Origin: a phage
Assembly (NCBI GenBank): GCA_026165385.1
Contig: GCA_026165385.1_4524.1
Reading direction: 5' to 3' (one strand)
DNA: 64,000 nt
The notes beneath the pieces are model-generated. The model was not told the origin of the DNA. It ran no database searches and saw only the letters and a list, made by a program, of their open reading frames with translations. Every line of letters starts with the position of its first letter. Position 1 is the stretch's first letter. Below are positions 41,121-52,200 of this stretch, piece after piece. A program made the translations under genes and the position numbers.

Positions 41121-43376
41121 TTAAAGCTTACAAGCAGAACAATCTTCAGCTTTAGGTGTTTCTAATTCATAGTCATCTGTACCTGACCCATCACGAGTGT
41201 TATGATAGTAGAGATTTTTTCCGCCAAAGTACCAGAAGTAAAGCAGATCGTCAAGCATTACTGACATTGGCACTTTACCTTTCTCAAATACTGCAGGGTC
41301 ATAGTAAGTATTAGCAGAAGCAGATTGGCACACCCATTTCAACATGATAGCAACTTGGGTCAAATAAGGTTTATTACCTTTCTTAGCAAGTTTCCACGCA
41401 TAGTCGTAAAGACTCATGTTATGTTCGATATTAGGAACAACCTGTCGGAAGTTGCCTTCTTTAGATTCTTTAATACTTACTGGGCCGCGTGGGGGCTCAA
41501 TCCCATTTGTAGAGTTCGATACTTGGCTGCTTGACTCACAAGGCATGAGTGCAGACAACGTTGAGTTACGAATTCCATGCTCTTTGAGTTCAGCTCGAAG
41601 TTCTTCCCAGTCGCAGACGTAGTTCGGGGCTGCGATTTGGTCAATCTTTTTATTGTACCAGTCGATAGGTAATTCGCCTCTAGACCATTTAGTGTCTGAA
41701 TAATACTCGCAAGGTCCTTTTTCTTTGGCGAGTTTGATTGATGCTTTGATAAGGCCATATTGCAATCTCTCAAACAATTCATGAGTCAAATCGTTAGCGT
41801 CTTCATATGAAGCAAAGTTAGAAGCTAACCATGCAGCATAGTTCGTCACACCGACACCGAGATTTCGACGCTTTTTAGCTTTTAAAGCTTCTGGAACCGG
41901 ATAATCTTGATAGTCTAACAGGTTATCAAGTGCACGTACTTGTACTTCAGCAAGTTCATTAATTTTATCTTGGTCTTGCCAATCAAATTTATCTAATACA
42001 AAAGCAGATAATGTGCATAAACCGATTTCAGCATCAGGACCATTCACATCATTAGTTGGAATAGCGATTTCACAACATAAGTTACTCTGACGAATTGGAG
42101 CTTTTTCACGAATAAATGGAGTGTAGTTATTCGTGTTATCGACAAACTGTGGATAAATTCGAGCAGTACCAGAACGTTCAGTCATGAACAATTCAAAGAG
42201 TTCTAGTGCTTTGATTCTTTTCTTTCTGATTGTTGGGTCTTTTTCAGCTTTCTCATAAAGCTCACGGAATTTATCTTGATCTTCAAAGAACGAGTAGTAT
42301 AGTTCGCCTGACATTTCGTGAGGGCTAAATAAAGTAATATAATCATTTTTACCAAGGCGTTCCATCATAAGGTCATTAATTTGAATTCCGTAGTCCATAT
42401 GTCGAATACGGTTTTCATCCACGCCTTTGTTATTTTTTAGAACTAATAGGTTCTCTACTTCTAAGTGCCACATCGGATAATACGCTGTAGCAGCACCACC
42501 ACGAATACCACCTTGAGAACAAGATTTTACTGCAGTTTGGAAATGTTTCCAGAATGGAATAACACCTGTATGTCGAACTTCACCCATACCGATCTTAGAA
42601 CCTTCTGCACGAAGCATGCCAACGTTGATACCGATACCAGCTCGTTTAGAAATATATTCAATAATTGACGCCGAAGTTTTGTTAATAGATTTTAACGAAT
42701 CACCTGCTTCAATAACTACACAACTAGAGAACTGGCGAGTTGGAGTACGAGCACCTGCCATAATTGGGGTTGGCAATGAAACTTGATGAGTAGAAACAGC
42801 ATCATAAAAACGAATAATATGTTTCAAACGGTCATGAGTTTCGTCTTGATGTAAGGCCATACCAATAGCCATGATAGCAAATTGGGGAGTTTCATAAATC
42901 TTACCAGTTGTTTTATCTTTAACCAGATATTTTTCTTTAAGCTGCATAGCACCAGCATAAGTCAGGTCAAAATCTCGCTCATGTTTAATCCGAGAATCAA
43001 GATAAATGATTTCTTCTGCAGAATATCTAGACAACAACTCAGGATCGTATTTGCCTTCATTAACACAGTAAGAAATATGGTCGATAAAAGCAGGCGGTTC
43101 AAACTGCCCATATACATCTTTACGAAGTGCAAACATTAATCCTTTAGCAGCAACATATTGATAGTCAGGTTCTTCGACAGAAATCGAGTTAGCTGCAACT
43201 TTAATACAAATCTTCTGAATATCTTTGGTGCTCATCCCATCGACAAGATGGGTCTTAATTTCTTCGTACAATTCATATGGGTCGATTTGTGTTCCTTCAC
43301 ATTGCCAAGTTAAGACTTGAATAATTTTCTGTGCATCAAAATTTTGGGATACACCACTGCTCTTAGTTACTTGCAT
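41121..43376 (-). CDS. nrdA: Ribonucleotide reductase large subunit
   Basis: 751 aa; class Ia R1 motifs including the C-terminal Cys pair (CSACKL). Confidence 0.97.
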   Translation of the reverse strand: MQVTKSSGVSQNFDAQKIIQVLTWQCEGTQIDPYELYEEIKTHLVDGMSTKDIQKICIKVAANSISVEEPDYQYVAAKGLMFALRKDVYGQFEPPAFIDHISYCVNEGKYDPELLSRYSAEEIIYLDSRIKHERDFDLTYAGAMQLKEKYLVKDKTTGKIYETPQFAIMAIGMALHQDETHDRLKHIIRFYDAVSTHQVSLPTPIMAGARTPTRQFSSCVVIEAGDSLKSINKTSASIIEYISKRAGIGINVGMLRAEGSKIGMGEVRHTGVIPFWKHFQTAVKSCSQGGIRGGAATAYYPMWHLEVENLLVLKNNKGVDENRIRHMDYGIQINDLMMERLGKNDYITLFSPHEMSGELYYSFFEDQDKFRELYEKAEKDPTIRKKRIKALELFELFMTERSGTARIYPQFVDNTNNYTPFIREKAPIRQSNLCCEIAIPTNDVNGPDAEIGLCTLSAFVLDKFDWQDQDKINELAEVQVRALDNLLDYQDYPVPEALKAKKRRNLGVGVTNYAAWLASNFASYEDANDLTHELFERLQYGLIKASIKLAKEKGPCEYYSDTKWSRGELPIDWYNKKIDQIAAPNYVCDWEELRAELKEHGIRNSTLSALMPCESSSQVSNSTNGIEPPRGPVSIKESKEGNFRQVVPNIEHNMSLYDYAWKLAKKGNKPYLTQVAIMLKWVCQSASANTYYDPAVFEKGKVPMSVMLDDLLYFWYFGGKNLYYHNTRDGSGTDDYELETPKAEDCSACKL

Positions 43377-43464
43377 TATATTCCTCAGTATAGGTTGATA
43401 GACATTACTCCAAACGGGATAGTATTTATCCCGTTAATTTATTATACACTTTTAAACTGAAGCG

Positions 43465-43719
43465 TTAATTATTCTTAGCAATAATTTCTTTGTATTCTTT
43501 AGGAGTCAAGACTGTGATATCGAAATAAACCATTGGTTCTTTTTCCATACCGTAACCACCACAAAATTCACGATATTCATAAATTCGTTCATGTGAATAA
43601 CAAACGAATCGTTCACCTTTAACTGTGATTTCACTATTTGGTGAAGGGATATCTAGTTCGGTAGGATTTTTCATTTCAAAAATTGTGGTGCCATATGAAT
43701 TAATAAAACGTAAAATCAT
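43465..43719 (-). CDS. Hypothetical protein (nrdA.1 position)
   Basis: 84 aa ORF between td and nrdA. Confidence 0.5.
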   Translation of the reverse strand: MILRFINSYGTTIFEMKNPTELDIPSPNSEITVKGERFVCYSHERIYEYREFCGGYGMEKEPMVYFDITVLTPKEYKEIIAKNN

Positions 43720-43720
43720 T

Positions 43721-44581
43721 TTATACCGCCATTTTAGCTTTGATAACTGGATGTGATTCGTAATTTTTAAGAACGAAATCAGAATGTGTCATTGTTCCGG
43801 TAACCCAGTCCATTTGGATTTTTGTAGGCCAATTCTCAAAATTACTAGGCCAATTAATTTCAAGAGAACATAACTCTTTAGGTTCACGACTAAGAACTTC
43901 TTTGCATTGTTCTACATGATTGCTGTAGATATGAGTGTTGCCGCCTGAGAACACTAAATCACCTGGGATAAGGTTACACATCTTCGCTACAATATGCGCC
44001 AAGGCGGCGTACGAGGCAATGTTGAACGGCAGGCCCAAGAAAACATCTACACTGCGTTGATACCATTGTAAATCAAGATGTCCATTACGCACATTAAATT
44101 GATAGAACATATGACAAGGAGGAAGAGCCATTTGGTCAATTTCGGCAGGGTTCCATGCAGAAACTATTTGTCGACGATCATTAGGAAGAGCTTTAATACG
44201 GTCGATAGTTTTGACCAATTGGTCTACACCACCGAAATCACGCCATTGTTTACCATATATAGGACCAAGTTCACCACTATGATAACCAAGGTCTTTTGCC
44301 TGATTTTCATAGTTGTCATCCCAAATAGTTTTGCCTTCAATTAGACTACCATGAGTACGAATACGCAAATCATTAACATTGGTAGAACCAGACATGAACC
44401 ACAGTAGTTCGGCAATACAAGCTTTCCATGCTAATTTCTTAGTTGTTACCGCAGGGAATCCTTTAGTTAGATCCCAACGTAATTTAGTTCCGAACAGGGC
44501 AATAGTGCCGGTACCTGTACGGTCGTCTGTTTCGTAACCATTTTCTAGGATATCATTAATCAGGTATTGGTATTGTTTCAT
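43721..44581 (-). CDS. td: Thymidylate synthase, intron-less
   Basis: 286 aa; matches T4 TS (same length) including the active-site PPCH motif; no intron interruption. Confidence 0.97.
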   Translation of the reverse strand: MKQYQYLINDILENGYETDDRTGTGTIALFGTKLRWDLTKGFPAVTTKKLAWKACIAELLWFMSGSTNVNDLRIRTHGSLIEGKTIWDDNYENQAKDLGYHSGELGPIYGKQWRDFGGVDQLVKTIDRIKALPNDRRQIVSAWNPAEIDQMALPPCHMFYQFNVRNGHLDLQWYQRSVDVFLGLPFNIASYAALAHIVAKMCNLIPGDLVFSGGNTHIYSNHVEQCKEVLSREPKELCSLEINWPSNFENWPTKIQMDWVTGTMTHSDFVLKNYESHPVIKAKMAV

Positions 44582-45165
44582 TTATATACACTCTCAGTAA
44601 TTTCGGTGAGTTCATCGATTCTGTAGTAATGAGATTCTACCATAGAACGTTGAAGCATAATATCTTGGACGAAATCTTTATCAAGTTGAACATCGGAATT
44701 AACACGACATTTCTTAATGATTTTAGTCATCACGATTTCATCGGCATAAGGCAGTGCTTGTTTAAGTAGAGCAGGACCGCCGATAACAGATACATTAACA
44801 TGTTCAGTAGAAAGTTTAAACGGTACATCAGTTGCAGGGCTAAACAGGTTAATTTCACCACCTGTTACCAAGGTAATAAATTCAGATTGGGTGATATAGA
44901 ACCGTGCAAGTTCATCAGTTTTAGTCCTAGGCAGTTTTCTGGCCATATCAGTGACAACCACATGAGTACGATCTGGTAGTAGACGAGGTAATGATGCAAA
45001 AGTCTTAGCACCCATAACCATTACAGTGTTTTTAGTGCGAGCAACAAAGTTACTCATATCTTGTTTGATATGCTTCCATGGAAGTCCATCACCTAATCCA
45101 AAAGCATATTCAAGTTTATCATCAACTGTTTTAGACGGTGCGCATGCGAATACTAATTTAAGCAT
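44578..45165 (-). CDS. frd: Dihydrofolate reductase
   Basis: 195 aa (T4 Frd 193 aa); position downstream of td with overlapping stop/start. Confidence 0.9.
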   Translation of the reverse strand: MLKLVFACAPSKTVDDKLEYAFGLGDGLPWKHIKQDMSNFVARTKNTVMVMGAKTFASLPRLLPDRTHVVVTDMARKLPRTKTDELARFYITQSEFITLVTGGEINLFSPATDVPFKLSTEHVNVSVIGGPALLKQALPYADEIVMTKIIKKCRVNSDVQLDKDFVQDIMLQRSMVESHYYRIDELTEITESVYK

Positions 45166-45167
45166 TT

Positions 45168-45416
45168 TTATTTCCTCAGATTTTTCTTAACAACTTTCCA
45201 ATCAGCTTTAAACGATTCAACATCAGAGTGGTGAATCCAGAATCCTGCGCTTTCACCATCTTCGTAGAGTGGACATCCATCACATTCTTCGTTCCAACCC
45301 ATTTCACGTAAAGCTTCTTCAGCTTGTTCAAGGAGTTCAGCGTCTTTACCAACGATGTTGAAGTACCATTTACCTTTAACTTCAGAATCGTTAATGCTTT
45401 GGCGTTGTAATCTCAT
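45168..45416 (-). CDS. Hypothetical protein (frd.1 position)
   Basis: 82 aa ORF with an early promoter and Shine-Dalgarno upstream. Confidence 0.5.
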   Translation of the reverse strand: MRLQRQSINDSEVKGKWYFNIVGKDAELLEQAEEALREMGWNEECDGCPLYEDGESAGFWIHHSDVESFKADWKVVKKNLRK

Positions 45417-45442
45417 TTTATTCTCCTCTTGATGATAGGACT

Positions 45443-45472
45443 ACTATAACATAGCCCTATCATGGTGTAAAC
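45443..45472 (-). promoter_or_regulatory. Early-type promoter (GTTTAC-N18-TATAGT) upstream of ORF 45168..45416
   Basis: Minus-strand motif. Confidence 0.5.
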
Positions 45473-45858
45473 TACTTTTTAAAAGTTTTTTGTAAAAGTT
45501 CAATGATTTCATCGACGTTGGTTTTATCTACAACACAATGAATTTTTGTTACACCCAAATCTATACCTTCGTTAACCTGTTGAGGTTTTTCTAATGTTAC
45601 CTCGGTAAAGTATTTGAATTCTTCAGAATAAATCTCAAAATACGTCTCAAGTGGTCCACCTGCGCTGTATTCAGTGCCGTCTTCCATAGTTACACGTACC
45701 ACACATTCACCGGCGCAATCGTCACTTTCTATTTCGTTGACAACAAAACTAGGTCCGTGCTTCTCTATTAATTTTAGCATCATTGCGTTGCAACGGCATT
45801 CGTTGGCAAAGTCATTTTTAGATAAAGGGTTAATGATGTACGTTTTTCCGACTTCCAT
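45472..45858 (-). CDS. Hypothetical protein (frd.2 position)
   Basis: 128 aa ORF with an early promoter and Shine-Dalgarno upstream. Confidence 0.5.
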   Translation of the reverse strand: MEVGKTYIINPLSKNDFANECRCNAMMLKLIEKHGPSFVVNEIESDDCAGECVVRVTMEDGTEYSAGGPLETYFEIYSEEFKYFTEVTLEKPQQVNEGIDLGVTKIHCVVDKTNVDEIIELLQKTFKK

Positions 45859-45888
45859 TTTGATTTCCTCGTTTGTTTTGATAGGTCT

Positions 45889-45917
45889 ATAATATCATAC
45901 CTAGAGAAGAAGTAAAC
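45889..45917 (-). promoter_or_regulatory. Early-type promoter (GTTTAC-N17-TATTAT) upstream of ORF 45472..45858
   Basis: Minus-strand motif; shares the GATATTATAGACCTATCAAAACAAA leader with the motA promoters. Confidence 0.55.
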
Positions 45918-45948
45918 AACTTTTTTGGCAATTTACAGATACTCAAAA

Positions 45949-45966
45949 GGGAGACCGAAGTCTCCC
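45949..45966 (-). terminator. UUCG-tetraloop terminator downstream of gene 32
   Basis: GGGAGAC-CGAA-GTCTCCC 7 nt after the gene 32 stop. Confidence 0.7.
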
Positions 45967-45972
45967 AATTTA

Positions 45973-46875
45973 TTATAGACCAGCTAACAGGTCATCGAGG
46001 TCGCCATCATCAGAGGATGAGGTAGAGCTCATGAAGTCATCTTCAGTTTTTGCAGAACTAAAGGCTTCCATGTCTTTATCAAAATCGTCAAGGTCAGAAG
46101 CAACTTTATCTGCAACAGAAGCTGCTGCGGCTGCTGCACCACCAAGAGCGGCAGTACCAAGAACCTTAGCGAAAGATTCATTTAATTTTTCAAAGGATTT
46201 GAACTGGTCTTTAGCCGTCAAAGTAGTAAGGTCTACCATCTGGTCATATAGTTCTTTCTGGAATGCTTCGTCATTAATACGAGGAATTTCAGATTGACCC
46301 AAGAATTTAGATTCGTCATAGTTGCTAAAACCGGAAACCTGCTTAGCTTTCAGAACGAAGTTAGCACCTTCAAATGGGCAAGTAACATCAACTGGAGTTT
46401 CACCCATTTCGGTATCAACTGCAATCATTGCATTGATTTTGTCCCAAATCTTTTTACCGAAACGATATTTAAATACTTTACCTTCGTTATCTGGAGCTTG
46501 AGGGTCTTTAACAACCAGAATATTGGCCCAATAAGAGGTTTTACGTTTCAGTTGAGAATATTCAGCTTTGTTGGTATTGTACAGGTCATTTTTACTAATG
46601 TACTGACATACAGGACAAGAGTCGTAATCACCATGTGTAGAAGAGCAATTTTCAATATACCATTTACCATTTTTCTTGAAACCGTGGTTAACAAGAATTG
46701 CAAATGGTAGTGCATCATCAGTTTTTGCTGGCAAGAAACGAATTACCGCTTGACCATTACCGGATGCATCTAGCTTCAGCTTCCATTCGCCTTTATCTTC
46801 TGAAGAGAAACCTTTGTTACCATTCAGTTTAGCCATTTGAGCAGCGAGGTCAGCAGTAGATTTACGTTTAAACAT
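45973..46875 (-). CDS. 32: Single-stranded DNA-binding protein gp32
   Basis: 300 aa; matches T4 gp32 ([36 protein letters not shown]...), acidic C-terminus. Confidence 0.97.
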   Translation of the reverse strand: MFKRKSTADLAAQMAKLNGNKGFSSEDKGEWKLKLDASGNGQAVIRFLPAKTDDALPFAILVNHGFKKNGKWYIENCSSTHGDYDSCPVCQYISKNDLYNTNKAEYSQLKRKTSYWANILVVKDPQAPDNEGKVFKYRFGKKIWDKINAMIAVDTEMGETPVDVTCPFEGANFVLKAKQVSGFSNYDESKFLGQSEIPRINDEAFQKELYDQMVDLTTLTAKDQFKSFEKLNESFAKVLGTAALGGAAAAAASVADKVASDLDDFDKDMEAFSSAKTEDDFMSSTSSSDDGDLDDLLAGL

Positions 46876-46960
46876 GGATTATTACCTTTTATTTAGATTA
46901 TTTAATTTATTTACTTACAGTTGGTTGCTACGACACTTATACCTCGTAGCTGGTATGATT
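46876..46960 (-). promoter_or_regulatory. Gene 32 mRNA leader: probable translational operator (hairpin plus unstructured UUAAA-rich tract)
   Basis: Hairpin GCUACG...CGUAGC at 46927-46950, then an A/U-rich tract with repeated UUAAA/UAAAU next to the start codon; T4 gp32 autoregulates through such a leader. Confidence 0.5.
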
Positions 46961-46968
46961 TATTTATA
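46961..46968 (-). promoter_or_regulatory. Late promoter (minus strand) for gene 32
   Basis: Plus-strand TATTTATA about 90 nt upstream of the gene 32 start, 5' of the leader hairpin. Confidence 0.6.
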
Positions 46969-46997
46969 AAGTAATTTTAACACACAAGAAATAAAGC

Positions 46998-47651
46998 TTA
47001 ATACTTACATGATTTGATTGTTTCTATGAACAATTTCTTAGCAGCATTTCCATCGATTTGAAGTATTTTTCGATATGCCTTTAATTTGGTAGAATAATTT
47101 TGCCAGACTAAATTGTCAGTAAGTTCATCATGCTTATCTATAATATTCAAGAATGAATCCAACAACAAGAAGGTTTCAAACGAAATTATATTGCTTTGTA
47201 GCAATTTAAATATGTAGCTCGACTGAACTTTATTATTATAATCAAATATCTCTTGAAGCGCACTAACTTCCACTTTCTTACTGAAATAGTAGATGTTACG
47301 CACATCTTCAGCAAACGTCTCCTTGGCTTGTTTGAGACGTCCAATATATTCCCTATAGAAAACTAATGCATCAGCGTCTGATATCTCACCAATCCATGCA
47401 TCTTGGTTAGCAACTAAGTTACTGATGAATATCAAAGTGAGTTCCTTTAACTTATATTTCTCTGCTAGTTTCTCAAAGAAATATTTATCTCGGCGTTTTT
47501 GATACGCATTATCCGAAACACGCATGCACCAGTTATATTTGATTACGTCATACCGACCATTAAAATGTTGTTTGCACATCAAGTATAGTTTGTATACCGA
47601 TTTTCCATTAATATAACGTTCTCCGTCAGGAGGCATGCGTATTTTAATCAT
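46998..47651 (-). CDS. 59: Helicase loader gp59
   Basis: 217 aa, same as T4 gp59; position between 32 and 33. Confidence 0.9.
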   Translation of the reverse strand: MIKIRMPPDGERYINGKSVYKLYLMCKQHFNGRYDVIKYNWCMRVSDNAYQKRRDKYFFEKLAEKYKLKELTLIFISNLVANQDAWIGEISDADALVFYREYIGRLKQAKETFAEDVRNIYYFSKKVEVSALQEIFDYNNKVQSSYIFKLLQSNIISFETFLLLDSFLNIIDKHDELTDNLVWQNYSTKLKAYRKILQIDGNAAKKLFIETIKSCKY

Positions 47652-47986
47652 AATAAGAAATCTAACGTATTAGTTTTTTCACCACGAGCAACTGATGGGC
47701 GAAGCATGTTTTCGTCAATTGCTTCGCTTGTAATTTTTTCAACAATTCCTGTAGGAATAAATTTAGCAAATTGTGTTTCTGGAATAGAATTTTCTTCCAA
47801 GAAAGCAGTTGTTGCTTCTAAATAAGACATACCAAATTGTTCAACCATGGATTCGATAATGAATCCGTTTTCTTGTCGGTCAAGCAATTTAGCGATATCA
47901 TCTTTATCATGTTTTACTGCTAATTCTTGTTCAGATAAACCGGCCTCATCAACCGGTTTAATATCACTTAGTGAAAACTGTGTCAT
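47648..47986 (-). CDS. 33: Late transcription co-activator gp33
   Basis: 112 aa; matches T4 gp33 (MTQFSLxDIxPVDExGLSE...KTNTLDFLL). Confidence 0.93.
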   Translation of the reverse strand: MTQFSLSDIKPVDEAGLSEQELAVKHDKDDIAKLLDRQENGFIIESMVEQFGMSYLEATTAFLEENSIPETQFAKFIPTGIVEKITSEAIDENMLRPSVARGEKTNTLDFLL

Positions 47987-48233
47987 AAAGCTCGACTACC
48001 TCTTCGTTTTCAGCTTCAAATTGGTCACGAGCGTCTTTATGATAAAGAGCCAACAAACGATTAAACATTTTTCCATCTACGCCAAGCTCTTCTTTAGCGC
48101 GAGTACGAATGTCTTTAATCAGTTCATTATAACCAGAAATTTTAAGTTTGTTATCGGAAGCTTCCTTGACTAGTTTAGCCAGTTCTTCACCATGCACATC
48201 TTGATTAAATTCAACTGCTTCTTTCTTAGCCAT
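47964..48233 (-). CDS. dsbA: dsDNA-binding protein DsbA
   Basis: 89 aa from MAKKE with GAGGT Shine-Dalgarno; matches T4 DsbA; the track ORF starts 18 nt too far upstream. Confidence 0.9.
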   Translation of the reverse strand: MAKKEAVEFNQDVHGEELAKLVKEASDNKLKISGYNELIKDIRTRAKEELGVDGKMFNRLLALYHKDARDQFEAENEEVVELYDTVFTK

Positions 48234-48240
48234 GTTTACC

Positions 48241-49158
48241 TCAGAATTCATTAATTACACTTGTTAATTTAGAAAGACCAGATTTTACAAAGTATGAATA
48301 AATCTTGCCTTTAGGTTGTGGTTTATATGAGTTATAATACTCTATAATGGTTGAAGCAATATTATCAGGGATATAATCAAAATCAATGAGAACCAAATTT
48401 TCTTGATACCGTTTATATTCTTCTGCACTTAATAATACTTCAGCTTGAGAACGGTCGTTAGCAATTGCTTCAATAATTGATGTTTTCATGCTTGGAGTTC
48501 GTTCACCATCAACTCTGGTAAACCAGAAGTCGCCACGAACTCGAACAGATGCAACACCATCCTTACGGTCACCTTTAAGAATTTTAGTCATGCAATCAAT
48601 TTCAGCAGAACCGTTCTTAATTTTAACCCATTTTTTCTGTGGTGGGGACCACTGTTTAACGTTAGGATATTTGTGTAATTGTGTAAAGTCACCATCTGAT
48701 GCAACAATACACACCTTATGACCAGCTAATGACAAATATTTAGTTAATACACCGATATGGTCATCCGCTTCATATTTGTCAATATCCATTACAACGTATG
48801 GCATATATTTCTTAATCTCATCAACGACTTGATGAAGTGCAGTAAAATATCCTTCCCAATCCCACTTTGAAGCTTCACGATCAGTTTTACGATTTTTCTT
48901 GTAATAGTAAGCAAAGTCACGTCGCCAATAACCTGAAGTAGCATTATCCATACACAATACAAATTTTGTATAGCCTTGCTTACGGAACATCACTACGTTT
49001 TTACGAATTGAATTCAAGACTACATGACGAACCATCGGAACAGTAATTTTATCACCATCTTCAAAGTTGTTTAATGCAGCTGCCAATGCAATGTTACTAA
49101 AGTCTGCAAGCGCAACACCTTCTTTGTAATCTTCATCCAACATCATTTCTAAATCCAT
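48241..49158 (-). CDS. rnh: RNase H (5'-3' exonuclease/flap endonuclease)
   Basis: 305 aa, same as T4 RNase H; position. Confidence 0.93.
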   Translation of the reverse strand: MDLEMMLDEDYKEGVALADFSNIALAAALNNFEDGDKITVPMVRHVVLNSIRKNVVMFRKQGYTKFVLCMDNATSGYWRRDFAYYYKKNRKTDREASKWDWEGYFTALHQVVDEIKKYMPYVVMDIDKYEADDHIGVLTKYLSLAGHKVCIVASDGDFTQLHKYPNVKQWSPPQKKWVKIKNGSAEIDCMTKILKGDRKDGVASVRVRGDFWFTRVDGERTPSMKTSIIEAIANDRSQAEVLLSAEEYKRYQENLVLIDFDYIPDNIASTIIEYYNSYKPQPKGKIYSYFVKSGLSKLTSVINEF

Positions 49159-49191
49159 ATGAACCTCTTGTTCAGTTAGTCAACTTAGACC

Positions 49192-49221
49192 ATAGTAACA
49201 TACTAGTTTGAAAGCGTAAAT
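49192..49221 (-). promoter_or_regulatory. Possible early promoter (ATTTAC-N18-TACTAT) upstream of rnh
   Basis: Minus-strand motif in the rnh/gene 34 divergent intergenic region; -35 deviates by one base. Confidence 0.4.
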
Positions 49222-49236
49222 AGTCTTTTACTCGTT

Positions 49237-49244
49237 TATAAATA
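49237..49244 (+). promoter_or_regulatory. Late promoter TATAAATA for gene 34
   Basis: Exact TATAAATA about 35 nt upstream of the gene 34 ATG. Confidence 0.7.
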
Positions 49245-49278
49245 GTAAAATAGAACACATAATGATAAGAGGACTACC

Positions 49279-52200
49279 ATGGTTGACATCAAACGTAAGT
49301 TCAGGGCCGAAGACGGTCTTGACGCAGGCGGTGATAAGATAGTTAACGTTGCGCTTGCTGACCGCACAGTTGGCACCGATGGCGTGAACGTTGACTTTTT
49401 GGTGCAAGAAAACACCGTACAGAATTATGACGATACGCGCGCGTATACAAAAGATTTTATTGTTCTTTATGATAATCGTTTTTATCAAGCTTTAAGTGAT
49501 ATTCCAGCTCCGGCAGGCCCTTTCTCTTTGGCTAAATGGAAGGCAACTCGTACAGATGCAGAATGGATTACAGTTCAAGGCGGAGATTTCCAATTATCAG
49601 TAGGTAACTCTATTGCGGTTGATACTTCAGCTGGCACTGATATTAATTTCACTTTGCCTCAAAATCCTTTAGATGGCGATACAGTTATTTTGTCTGATAT
49701 TGGTGGTAGAGTAGGCTATGTAAAAGTTCAAATTACTGCAGAGGCTCAAAGTATTGTAAACTTTAGAGGACAACAGGTTCGTTCAGTTTTAATGACGCAC
49801 CCAAAATCTAAAATGGTCTTCATTTTTAGCAACCGCCTATGGCAAATGTATGTTTCTGATTACGAACGTAATGCAGTCACAGTAACTCCTGCTACGCCGT
49901 ATCAGGCGCAACCTAATGATTTTATCATTCGACGTTTTACATCAGCCGCTCCTATTAATATTACATTGCCTCGTAATGCTAATAATGGCGATATTATTAA
50001 TTTAGTGGATTTAGACAAATTAAACCCATTATATCACACAATTGTCAAAACTTACGATGAAACAACTTCTATACGAGAAGCTGGTGTTCATGTAGCAGAA
50101 GGACGTAATACTGCGGAAGCATTCTTTGTTTATGATTCTGCAAATAGTTTATGGCGTGTTTGGGAAGGTGACCAGAAATCTCGTTTACGTATAGTTCGTA
50201 ATGATACTGATTTACGCCCTAATGAAGAAGTTCTTGTTTTTGGAACTAATAATGATACAATCTCGACGGTAAATCTTACTTTGCCTACAGATATTTTGTC
50301 TGGCGATACTGTTAAAATATCGTTGAATTATATGCGTAAAGGGCAAACTGTAAAAATTAAAGCTGCTGAAGGCGATACAATTGCTAGCAGTATTTCTTTA
50401 TTACAGTTCCCAAAACGTTCGGAGTATCCACCTGATGCACAATGGGTTTCTGTTAGTGAGCTGGAATTTAATGGTGATACTTCGTATGTACCTGTACTTG
50501 AGTTAGCTTATATAGAAGATTATTCATCTGAAACAAAATATTGGGTAGTTCAACAAAACACCGTAACCGTCGAACGAGTCGATGCATCGAGCAATACAAC
50601 TCGAGCTCGTTTAGGTGTTATTGCTCTTGCTTCTCAAGCGCAAGCAAATGTCGATTTAGAAAATGCTCCTGGTAAAGAACTGGCTATTACTCCGGAAACA
50701 TTAGCAAATCGTACAGCAACTGAAACTCGTCGTGGTATTGCTCGTATTGCAACAACTGCACAAGTTAACCAGAATACCGATTTTGCATTCCAAGACGACT
50801 TGATTATTTCTCCTAAGAAATTGAACGAACGTACAGCAACTGAAACCCGTAGAGGTGTTGCTGAAGTTGCAACTCAGGCTGAAACTAATGCTGGCACAGA
50901 TGATACCACTATTATTACTCCTAAGAAATTGGATGCCCGTCAAGGTTCTGAAGTTTTATCTGGTATTGTAAAATACACATCTACGACTGGTACTACAGCT
51001 GCTACTATTCGTGGTAATGCTGGGACTAACGTTTATAACAAAGCCGTAGATAATTTAACTATTTCTCCAAAGGCTCTTGACCAGTATAAAGCTACCCCTA
51101 CTCAGCAGGGTGCAGTAATTCTTGCTATTGAAAGCGAAGTTATCGCTGGCGAATCACAAGCTGGTTGGGCTAATGCTGTAGTGACCCCTGAAACTCTGCA
51201 TAAGAAAACTTCTACTGATGGACGTATTGGTTTAATTGAAATTGCTACGCAAGCAGAAACTAACACTGGAACTGATTATACTAGAGCAGTAACGCCTAAG
51301 ACGTTAAATGATAGGAAAGCTACGGAAGGATTATCTGGCATAGCCGAAATTGCTACGCAAGTTGAATTTGATACTGGAACTGACGATACTCGTATCTCGT
51401 CTCCACTGAAAATTAAAACTCATTTTGATTCTTCTGACCGTACCAGTGTTAATTCTGATTCCGGACTTATTGAAGAAGGAACCTTGTGGAACCATTATAC
51501 TCTTGATATTTCTAAAGCAAATGAAACACAACGTGGTACACTTCGAGTAGCGACCCAGGCAGAATCTAATGCAGGAACTTTAGATGATGTTCTTATTACT
51601 CCTAAAAAGCTTTTAGGGACTAAGTCCACTGAAACATCTGAAGGCGTAATTAAGGTTGCTACTCAGGCTGAAACTGTAACAGGAACTTCTGCTAATACTG
51701 CTGTATCACCTAAGAATTTAAAATGGATTGTTCAATCAGAACCGTCATGGACTGCTACTACGGCAATTCGTGGATTCGTTAAAACTTCATCTGGTTCTAT
51801 TACATTTGTCGGCGACGATACTCAGGGTAATACCCAGGATTTGAATCTTTATGAGAAAAATAGCTATGCGGTGTCGCCATATGAATTAAACCGTGTACTT
51901 GCTAACTACTTACCGTTGAAAGCTAAAGCAGCTGATAGTAATTTGTTAGATGGTCTAGATTCTCTTCAGTTCATCCGTAGAGACATCGACCAGACGGTTA
52001 ATGGTTCTTTAAGTCTTACTAAACAGACCAACCTGAGTGCTCCTTTAGTATCTACAAGCACTGCTTCTTTTGGTTCCGAAGCATCTGTTACTCGTAGATT
52101 AACTCTTAATGACTCTAGCGGTTCCGAAATAGTTTTCACTAAAGGAACCCAATCTCTTAGTAATAAAGAGAATTTCGTTGTTAGAGCATGGGGTAATAGC

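Noticed and set aside
43413-43435. Hairpin AACGGGA...TCCCGTT between nrdA and the 84 aa ORF
   Set aside because: 9-nt loop and A/T-rich stem ends; could be a terminator but is much weaker than the UUCG family.
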